This document shows positions 53,518 to 64,000 of a stretch of 64,000 nt of DNA, piece after piece. Positions within the stretch are counted from its first letter, which is position 1. Every line of letters begins with the position of its first letter. The notes below the pieces were generated by a model that was given only the letters and a program-made list of their open reading frames with translations, was not told the DNA's origin and ran no database searches. The DNA is from Octopus vulgaris (Eukaryota). The stretch lies in assembly GCA_951406725.2 (NCBI GenBank), contig OX597822.1, forward strand, positions 14,818,001-14,882,000, given 5' to 3'. Both the position numbers and the translations under genes were made by a program.

Positions 53518-54696
53518 AGTTTGGGACTGAAGTAAGAGCAGGTTTTGGAGAGCAAGGCGACGCTTCTGGATCCGATTTCTGTCACGTGTGAAAAGTAAAC
53601 GAGGTCGTTAGGATTCGTAGCAACTCTGAGGCTTTTAACTGCTGTGCGTTTCTGCAAGCCATCGTAATTATTACACAGCATATGTACCTCTACAAAAACT
53701 GGTAGTACTACCAGTTAGAAATAGTCATATTTTCCTCCTCATCATACCAAAGCGCAGTTTGACAGATAAGGTAGCTTACTAGCTTCGTCGTGAACGAAGA
53801 TGTATTTTGATTTCTTCGTTGCAGTCATATGTGTCTTCATACAGCATGCGAAAGCCATTCTTCTGTTATTTTCTTTTCAAAAAGTTTTAGTTACCCGTGA
53901 ACTCGTTCTTGAATGAGCATCAGTCGTGTGTGGAACGTAAAAGGAAAATACTGTTGTTTTCTGTCAACAACACGTGTAAATCGGTTTGGTATTTCTTTAA
54001 TATGCATTACAATTTATTAATTATTTGGCAAAATAATATGGTTTAATCCTTCCCCAAACCATATTGAAACATTCTCATAACGAAGTGTTAAGAAGGAAAT
54101 ATTATAAACACTTGTAGATATTTTATTGCAAATTTCTTTTGTCATAAAACAGGAAGCCATATAGAATAGATTCTTATCTGTTGCCATGGCATAAAGGAAA
54201 AAAAAATGTTTATAATATATGGGAAAATAATACAATAAATATTTTCAACGCTAAACCTGCTCTAGAAATACTATTTAACTAAAACATTTGCATTTCATCC
54301 GTGCATTTGTGAGTTCAAATTTCACAAGGGACGACTCTGGCTTTCAGGTGAAATGAGGCAAAGCGAATAAATCTTAATGATGAATAGTAGTCGGTTCGTT
54401 AGAATAGAATCCCTGACTTTTTACCGACATAAAATCAATAGTTTAAGAGTGAAGGACACTGAATAAGCATAAATTGTTACAGCATATCGCTAAATGTTTG
54501 ACAATATTTACTTCATCCTTGTGCGCAGAGACCTGAAAATAAAATAAGTTTGGCTTGGTATATATTCCCTTTCGGTTTGAGACAATATGTATTATACTAA
54601 TACGTATAACACTCTAATCCCCTGTGCACAAACAAGAAATCAATAGCTGCTATGTGATCTTCTTGTTTTAGAGAGAAGAAAATGCACTTTGGGTAA

Positions 54697-54750
<54 letters not shown>

Positions 54751-54931
54751 TATAATATATAAATATATGCACTCAAAAAAACACAGCCCACATATACGTA
54801 TGCACAATCCTTCACATACGCACACACATATATATTTCATCGCATCACCCATGATTTATTGCTCATATCAGTTACTATTGCATATTTATTTCACCTCACA
54901 AATATTGCATTTTTTCGGATTGAACACGAAC

Positions 54932-54988
<57 letters not shown>

Positions 54989-55350
54989 TATCTTTTCTCT
55001 CTTCAAAGAAAATATTTCTCCAGCGTTTGCTATTTTACCCTTGTTTGGGACTAATGACTCGGTTTCCTTCTATATTTCCATTGTTCTGTTTTCGTTCTGA
55101 ATTTTACCCTCCATAAATCCCAAATTTTATTTTGGTACTTATAGGAGCAACTGTCTTCGAAGACTCATATTGTCGTTCAGTGCTCGGAGTGAGGAGTAGA
55201 TAGAGAGCCGAAAACTGATGAAGGGTCATTCTTTGTGTGACTTGTCCTGTTTTCTATTTGTTTCTCTGGTTATTTGCGCATTGAACTTATTTGTTTTCGT
55301 ATTTCATGTTCTTTACTGTTGGTGACGTCCTGTACCCACACATGCATGTG

Positions 55351-55418
<68 letters not shown>

Positions 55419-55769
55419 CATAGACTAGTGCAGTGTTCTATTATTGGTAGGATTAACAAAAACACTCCATCTTCCAAGAAATAGATATCATTTAACAAAT
55501 AGGATTTAAATGCGAGCTGCCCTAAGTTCCATGCTCCAATAATACAATAATCAAACGAACGTGTATAGCGTGGTTTGTACTAGCCTGAAAGAAAAGAGGG
55601 AACACATGCACATACACACACGACGGGCTTCTTTTAGTTTCCGCCTACCAAATATTGGATCACGGAAATTATGGTAGTTTTGTGTTTTATTAAACTCATT
55701 AATGAATCAATTATATATATCGCCACCTTTTTTCATTCTTTCTCTATTTCCTCTTATTCTTTCGAGATC

Positions 55770-56740
55770 GAAAAAAATATATAGGTCAAACAAAGCTTAC
55801 TCTAAGAAATAAACTGACCATTCACTGACAACAAATACGAGACCCCAGTACTTGACAGATTCCACTTTGTGATCACATAGATATTTTGTGTAAAAAATAA
55901 GGCCTCCCAATTCCAGGTTTTCCCACTCTACCTATGTTCAGCGACTACCACAGATGAAGCACGGATAAACAAAGAAAATATCTTCATACAGAAATGCAAA
56001 CCGAGACTTAACACACTTTAACAGAGTACATACACAAATGGCTGTTAAGACAAAATTCGTTCTACCAAATTCACACTGCCACATCATAAGGAAGCTACAC
56101 AGTTAACGACATAAAATTTTAGCTATTGGTCTACATTTAAGGGACTCCTGTTTACTCTCCCACCAGACAGACTAAATTGGGAGTACCTTGATTATAACTA
56201 AGCATGTTCGATCATCCGTATCGGCCTCCTTTTTAGGCGCAGAATATATTCTCACGTGACAATAATGCACGGACGTAGCGGGAAACGTACAAAATCATGT
56301 GTTTATTCGCTACAAATACTTTACAGAAAACATTCAGAGCATTGATTGTTTGGACACCTGCAATCAACCGTGTCAGCCTTAAATTACGACACCAAATATT
56401 GTCACTAGATACTAATACGCAGACGTTGCGGAGAACCTATAAAAATTTCTAAGATCAGTCATGTGACTAACCTTTACCATTCAAACCCTATTCAAAACAT
56501 ATACTCATTTGAACCATGATGACCCTATCAAAATAGGGCAAGCTTCAAACACTAGTCAGAAGCATGACAGCTGCGACATAAGCCACGTCTTTCTATATGA
56601 ACTTTTTGAAAATCAGTTTAAACTGTGAAACCGGTGAAAGCTTTAAATATATTAATAAAATATATTTTAACTATTCTTGGTGCATTTTCAGTTTCTATTT
56701 TTCTTATATTTCTACCCGTGTAGAATGAAATAACTTTGTA
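55770..56740 (+). mobile_element. Second Penelope-like family remnant: GIY-YIG C-terminus plus 3' region
   Basis: KKYIGQTKLTLRNKLTIH*QQIRDP...PLCDHID and ARINKENIFIQKCKPRLNTL* (stop 56019-56021). Ends at (CA)n. Confidence 0.8.
56602..56640 (+). ncRNA. Hammerhead-like motif, U3-A8 core variant
   Basis: CTTT-TTGAAAA-T-CAGT(TTAA)ACTG-T-GAAA-CCGGT-G-AAAG with palindromic ACCGGT stem III. The GUG triplet is non-optimal. Confidence 0.55.
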
Positions 56741-57042
56741 TACACACACACACACACACACACATATTAAAAGGGGAGAATAGCCTAGTGTTTAGGGTGC
56801 TACACTCACGATTGTGAGGCCGTGGTTTTATTTCCTAGAGCGGTTGGTGTGTTGTGTTCTTGGGCAAAACACTTCATCTTGCAACGTTAATTTGATGGAG
56901 AGAATGAGCTAATGTGCGACGGCACTACCATTTGATCTCTATAAACAAATCATTTGTGCAGGTCGTTCGGCAAGCAGAACGCTCATGCATCGTCTTCGAT
57001 GGGTGAGTCTGTCATATCATTAAAGATATCTTTTAAAGTATA

Positions 57043-57432
57043 CTAGCAGTATCGCCCGGCGTTGCTCGGGTTTGTTTCGACCCTTTAGAATTGGAAATTT
57101 TGAAAAGTAAAAAATTTGCATTATGTAGCTTGTTATTCTCTTTAAGTGAACATTTGTCTGGATGAAATACACCGAAAAATGGTGACACAGCAGTAAAAAA
57201 ATCGTAAAATAGAGGGATTTTCATAGAAAAAAGGCACCTTTTTGATGTCAATAATTTTTGGTGTTAACATGGTCCGATTTGAATTTTTTCACCTACGATT
57301 TGAATTTTTTCCACTATCATACTCTCAATTTTGGTCAACTTGCGCCAAACCTGTCATACACTATACCAAACCTGTCATACACTATACCAAACCTGCCATA
57401 CACAGACAACTTTAGCTTTATATATCTAGAGA
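57043..57432 (-). mobile_element. Non-autonomous Helitron (390 bp) with internal 21-bp tandem repeat
   Basis: Minus: A|TCTCTAGATATATAAAG...CCCGAGCAACGCCGGGCGATACTG-CTAG|T. CCAAACCTGTCATACACTATA repeated at 57345-57402. Confidence 0.85.
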
Positions 57433-58818
57433 TGAAACATCACCAGCGAGTTAGAACATCCTTTGCCTCTCTACACTCTAAAACAAATGTCTGTGAAGAA
57501 AATTCCTGTTATTACACGTATGATTTCATGTCACAGCTTAGTAGGTTATAACGGTCATTGAGTAGAGATGAAGATGTAGAACGATTAAGACCATAATTGT
57601 TAAGCGTAACTTATAAAAAAAAAACTCAGCTTGGAAAAGATGTTGATTAGTTCAGATTTTTATATATGTAAGGGAAAGCCGGACGAAATTCATAGCGGCA
57701 TTTCGTCCGCCTTTACTTTCTGAATTCAAATTCCGCGGAGATTGCCTTTCATCCTTTCAGGGTCGAAAATATATGTACCAGTTGAGTACCCTTACTAGAA
57801 ATTGCTGGCCTTGTGCCGAAATTTGAAGCCAATATTAATAAGTGATTATTCTAATCAATGTTGTATACGTTTCAATAATGGATTTATAAAATAAATAGTC
57901 ATCATTTCTCCAGCAATTCAATTTGAATACATGCCAAGAATGAATATATATATATATATATATATATATGAACGTATAAGTGTGTGTATGTATTCATATC
58001 AAGTGAGATAGAGAGAGAGAAGGGGGATAGGGAGAGGGGGAGAGGGATGAGAGAGAGAATGAAGGAAAGAAAGAGTGGGGGATAGATGAAATAGATGCCA
58101 ATGCTTGCCTGGTACGCTATTTATGCAATTTGTAGAGTTAGAGATAAGAGGCAAAGACGTCGCCGGCAGAAGCCAATGAGACATTGCACTCTAATCAACG
58201 ATTTCAGATGGCGTTCATAGAGTGCAGGCGCTTGACTTTTAAGCGACAACACAAGCGAAAGCATAAATATTCTTACTTTCCATTGCCACACGACACATAT
58301 CAAGATGAAAAGAAAATGAAGTGTAAAGGAGCCTAAATCTTCTGAATTGAAACCAAATTTATGATAACTACATTACTAATACCGAAAGAATGGAAAAACA
58401 CTGTTGACTCGAATAAGATCTGAAATGAGAACACACGGAAACCTCAGTAAGTATTGTTTTGCATTCATTCTGACGCCGTACTGCACTCAAGTTTCCATTA
58501 AAAAGTCTTCACAATCAGCGGAATTGCGATACGTCATGTCTATATGGATAAGCACATCAACAAGGACGCCACTAGATGGCCGTTCGACTTGTTACAGATA
58601 GCAACCAAATTTTTCCTCTTATTATATCTAAATGCATTTTTAAAACGAAAGGACACATCACGGAATTTCATTCCCACACGTAAAATGCGAACATAACATG
58701 GGAGAACTGTTTTTAAGATAGAGAAAAAATAGCAACAACACATTCCAGAGTGCTTGAATGCATGAATCATAGAGCAATTGCATCCGGATCGAGCATATGT
58801 ACGAGTGTGTGTGTGTGT

Positions 58819-58853
<35 letters not shown>

Positions 58854-58999
58854 CGTATGTTTATGTGGAGTACATATAGACACACACACACAATCATATA
58901 TGTATGTATGTATGTATGTATGAAATGTATGAAAGAAACGGTACACAATGCTCAGGTGCACTACAACTAAGAAAAAAAAGGCTACCGGGTGTACCATTG

Positions 59000-59590
59000 G
59001 CGGATTTCAGGAAGCACGGAAATTTTGAAGGATGTAATGTCTCGACAGCTAACGACTGATGCGTAAAGTTTATTCCATGCTTCAACAATTCTGAGCGTGA
59101 AAAATGTTCCCGAAAGTCATGAATGTTGTGTTATTTTTTTGATTTTGTGAGCATGTCTGCGAGTGTTTGTTATATGGAACTCAAAAAGGTGCTCAAGGTT
59201 GTTGTTGGAAAGATGGTGGATGGTCCCGTGGGTGTCTACCAAGTCAGTTGCCAGATGTCTGAGTTTCAATGTATCCATGCCCAGGGAAGTAAGACGTTCA
59301 GAGTATGGTAGGTGCCTGACGGTGGGTATTTGTTTAGTTGCACGTTTCTGAACAGTTTCCAAGAGACTTATATGCTCATGAAGAGAGGGGTTCCAGACTA
59401 TTGATGCAAATTCTAAGTGTGGGAGATACAGCTTGATATCATCTGCATATTTCAGCACCGTAACATTCTTATAGTTGGCATCTATGTCATTAATATATGC
59501 AACAAACAGTAGGAGTTCTAGAACGGATCCCTGTGGTGCACCAGAAGTCATCTCGTAGGCTGAATAATGATTTCCTAGAATCGTAACTAC
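59000..59590 (-). mobile_element. CR1-like LINE RT remnant with internal deletion
   Basis: SGAPQGSVLELLLFVAYIND and KYADDIKLY joined directly to PHLEFASIVWNP, then LETVQKRATK and PYSERL. Confidence 0.88.
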
Positions 59591-60281
59591 TAATTTATAT
59601 AATATTATATTTAGAGGCATTGATTTGTAGGGATGGAGTCTGTTGGAGCATATAAGTGTGTATAAGAGCATGTGAAATTGTATATACAAAGATGTGAGAG
59701 TGCGTGTGTGGGCGTGGAAGAAAAGGAACTGAAGAAGTACATGGAATAACAGAAACAAGGTGGAAAGATGTGTTATCTGTATGTGTCAGTGTTAAAAAAA
59801 GTAAGTGTGGGGCGAGAAGTTTCTTTTTTCAGGTTTGCAATTGGAAAAGAATGAAATAAAGTTTATTCGAAAGTGAAAGGAAAAGCGTTTTGAGAAATTC
59901 GAAATCCGAGATGAAAGGAAATGTCCAAGAAGTTGGTAGAATCCACGAAAATGATAAAAAGTTCAGAGATATTAGTAAAGATTTCAGAAGAAAGTGTCTG
60001 AGGGAGACCTTACAATCCAGGGCGAAGATACAAGAACGTGAAAGCAAAAAGGAAAAAAAGCAAGAAGTTATTAAACACATGGTACAGGGAAGGCAAAAAA
60101 ATGGCAGACGGCGGTGACAGAGAACACACACGTACATACTCGTACACACGCACACAGACATTATATATTTATTAATTTTATCTCATTCCCACACATATAA
60201 CACACTCACAAATATATACTCACACTTCTGTATAATTTTAAAATGATGTTTGAGCAAACGGATATAATCTCGATTTTATTG

Positions 60282-60437
60282 CAAAGTTGTGAAAGAATAC
60301 AGCCCCACTGCCGGAGCCACGTGGAGTTTTAGGAGTTTTCGATCAATAAACACTCACAACACCCGATCTGGGAATCGTAACCGCGATTGTGCAACCGCGA
60401 GTCCGCTGCCCTAACCACTGGGCCATTCCGCCTCCAC
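60282..60437 (-). mobile_element. Family-D SINE 5' part
   Basis: Reverse complement of the 52487 head. Confidence 0.8.
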
Positions 60438-60822
60438 TCTTGTCATGTAACAAGTAGCGTTTACAGTACTCGTTTACCACAACGAACAACATCAAGCAAA
60501 GTTTAGTCTAACAAATTGATGGATAAAAAGCACGGTTTTCTTCACAACGTATATTCATTGCAAATATTTAAAGAAGTCATAATTTAATAGTAATGTTTTG
60601 AAAATTAGTTTTCATTTAATTATTTTATAGAAGCGACACAAAATTTTAAGAAACTATAATTAGGTTCGATATTTGTAACTATGTAACTTTATTTTATATT
60701 ACTCTCAGTGAGAAAATTAGATTCCAGATATTCGCCACTATGTGAAGAGAAACACCACTCCATCTACCTATCTGTATTTCTATGTACCTATCTAACCAAC
60801 CGTCTATGCTATATATATATAC

Positions 60823-60883
<61 letters not shown>

Positions 60884-61234
60884 TATGTATATATATATAT
60901 ATATATAAATATATATATACATATATATTTAAATACATATATACATATATATTTATGTTTACATATATGTATGCATGTATGTATGTGTGAGTGCGTGTAC
61001 GTGCATTTGTGTCTAAATTAAATGATTCTACAACATGTTTTGTCTCTTTCATTTACATCTTTCATTTTGTTCCTTTCTTTCGTTCTCTATTACCGATGAA
61101 GAAATTATGTCCGAAATATTAACGTTGTTTTTATTTAATGGAACGTCAACAAAATACATTTATTTTAATCTTCTCTTCCTTGTTAATTTTGGTTTATCCT
61201 TTTTCACACAAACACTCACAGAAAAATACATGTT

Positions 61235-61274
<40 letters not shown>

Positions 61275-61825
61275 TTCTTGTATAGGTACATTCATTTTAA
61301 AAGTGCGTGCCATTTGTGTATATATGTGTGGAGATGTGAAAATAGAAAGGTGTGCGTGGAACAGGATAAGAAAGAGAGATTATATGCGGTAGCTAGTAAA
61401 CGGAATAAAATAACTTAGAGAAAGGAAATGATATTTTATGTAAATAATAAGAAATATTAAAGAAAGAAAGTAAATAAAATTGCCAATAAAATAAAATCAT
61501 TTCATGATAATTAATGGCCGTTAGCAATGTGTTGTCCTATTTCAAGTGCAAAGTAGTGTCTTTAGTTTTACCTTACTACATAGAATCTGTGTAGATAATA
61601 AGGTTGAATAGCAATCTAAATATGTTTATTTAAGGAAAGAGATTTCTTCCTTTTTGTATCAATATTCTTCAGTATTATAATATCATTGGTCATAAATTTC
61701 CAAATGAACAACCGCTGGTCCTATACATTCATTATTGTAGAACTGAGAAAGGGTTGTCTGTAACATAATGCGGAACAAATATATGAATTCTTAGAAAGAA
61801 TAAAGGATATTTTAACTTTATTTCC

Positions 61826-61980
61826 AGGCGAAATCGTGGCTGTGTGGTAAGAAGCTTGCTTCTCAACATCATGGTTCCGGGTTCAGTCCCATTGCGTGGC
61901 ACCTTGGGAAAGAGTCCTCTACTATAAACTTGAGTCGATGTGAATGGATTTGGTAGATGAAAACTGAAAGAAACCCATGA
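61826..61980 (+). mobile_element. Family-B SINE 5' half
   Basis: GTGGCTGTGTGGTAAGAAGC...GGCACCTTGGG...GAAAACTGAAAGAA. Confidence 0.82.
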
Positions 61981-62095
61981 GTTCTCTCTATATATTAACA
62001 TTGTCTGATTTTCACGTTTTATTATTTACAATTTTCGCAATTTTATAATAAAATAATGTTAGGTTATTATATATTTATTTATTTATTGTGATAAA

Positions 62096-62252
62096 ACTAG
62101 TACTTTCATGCGTTACGCAATGAACAGGTTTATGTAGTAGTAGTAGTAGTAGTAATAGTAGTAGTAGTAGTAGCAGCAGCAGCAGTAGTAGTAGTAGTAG
62201 TAATAGTGACAGTCGTGTTCCACAGTTGTCGATTATGGAACACGGCTGCCAC

Positions 62253-62285
<33 letters not shown>

Positions 62286-62323
62286 ATAAATCTGGTGATT
62301 GCGTAACGCATGAAAGTACTAGT
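62096..62323. repeat. Foldback with (TAG)n/(CTA)n microsatellite inside the arms
   Basis: ACTAGTACTTTCATGCGTTACGCAAT...CGTGTTCCA pairs with TGGAACACG...ATTGCGTAACGCATGAAAGTACTAGT; 13-nt loop. Confidence 0.92.
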
Positions 62324-62924
62324 ACCTCTTGAAATCGCTTTATTTCTCGGTGATTTATAAATTGGTCACTTCGTTCCTTATTCTCTTCCTGGTCAAATTA
62401 TATTCCACTCAACTATAATATCAACCATCGATATACACACATAAACACACACACACACAGATATATAATTCGTAAACATGAATAGTATTGACTGTGACTT
62501 CGAAGTTTCGCTAGTGAATTAAGCCAACGAATTGAAGTTGATCTTGGCTTGATCTGTTGAATTCATGTCTTCCTTCGGTATGTCGGTTTGAATGGAGTGG
62601 CTATTTAGTTTTAGGGCAGGTTGTATATGGAGAGGTGTTTTGAAGAAATTTTTAGTGATTAAATTTGGGCTTATGTTACTGTTTAGAATTTTTTTTTTGT
62701 GTGTAGAACTTTGTAAGCAACTTTGTAGGTTTAGGTGTGTTCTCGTGTTTCAGAATGATAAATTTGTACTCTACAGAAGTATAGGAGTAATCGATAAGAT
62801 TAAAATTGTTTTTTTATAACTGAGCATAAAACAAACATTAACTATCATATGTGTGTGTGTGTGTGTATTTTGCGCGCGTATACATACATGTATGTACATG
62901 TGTATGCATTTATAAATATATATC

Positions 62925-62994
<70 letters not shown>

Positions 62995-63126
62995 ATGCAT
63001 GTATGTGTATAGTATTAATTAATAGCACGAGATGGATTTTGTATAGGTACAGCATGTTTCTACCCATCAGTCTGGGTCTACTCAACATTTAAACACACTC
63101 ATCGAATTATACGTATTCGTACAAAT

Positions 63127-63224
<98 letters not shown>

Positions 63225-63273
63225 CATATATATACGGTGGTACATCAGCATTGCTCTGAGCTGAAACTTAAAA

Positions 63274-63316
<43 letters not shown>

Positions 63317-64000
63317 AAGCATACAGTGCGTATACATACATATGTGTACACCTGGGCTTCTTAGCATACTGTTCCTACACTCGTATAAATATAGGAAACA
63401 CATTTAGACAGGTACACATGCAAACAATCACACGCCAATACACACATACACGCGAGCGCACGTATACTGTAATGCAATTATAAATACTCACATGAAAAAG
63501 TAACACATTCACACACACGCAAATAACAACAACAACAACATCGACAACAAGAAGAAATAATAACGATACTAATAATAAAAATTATAATTAAGGTAAATTC
63601 TTCAAAGAATAATTGTCTCGTTGCATGGTTATAAATATATATATTTGGCAATCATTCAATTCACCCGTTTTCGAAATTTAACAACAACAACGACAACAAC
63701 AACAACAACAACAACAACAATAATAATAATGTGTGTATGTGTGAGGAGAGAAACATATATAGAATGCATGCCTACACATACGGCCAAATATATGGAACTC
63801 TTTATCAGACAAGATTCTATCATATTTGTAGACATGCAACGGACGTACAAGAAATTATTTAAAGAAATATAAAAAAAGTGTTGAAGTGGAAAAGGAAACT
63901 CGTATCTATACAAAAATCTTATCAAACTTTTGAAATGTTGTTTATAAGTATCTCAGTTCCGTATTGAAGTTTTCAATGTAAGTATTTAAATTATATTTAG

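Noticed and set aside
55416-55590. Weak terminal inverted similarity (TTCATAGACTAGTGCA / TGTACTAGCCTGAA)
   Set aside because: Too short and mismatched to call a MITE.

Overview
AT-rich, repeat-dense eukaryotic DNA. The SINE families and microsatellite load suggest an octopus or other coleoid cephalopod; this is inferred from recall, not a database search. The only host gene I can support is a minus-strand MFS/SLC16 monocarboxylate-transporter-like gene with three coding exons (9381-9579, 7899-8042, 5098-5865). Its last exon was not found in the window. The rest is transposon-derived or simple repeat: at least four tRNA-derived SINE families, CR1-like and RTE-like LINE remnants, a full-length decayed mariner, a truncated Tc1, two non-autonomous Helitrons, two Penelope-like (PLE) remnants, long foldbacks and many microsatellites. 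Most short ORFs in the track are repeat artefacts. The most notable signal is about ten minimal type-I hammerhead-ribozyme-like motifs in PLE ends and short microsatellite-flanked repeats. They share one architecture but show four core versions: canonical C3-G8, G3-C8 swap, U3-A8 swap and a recurrent A6U. Folds were read by eye and activity is untested.
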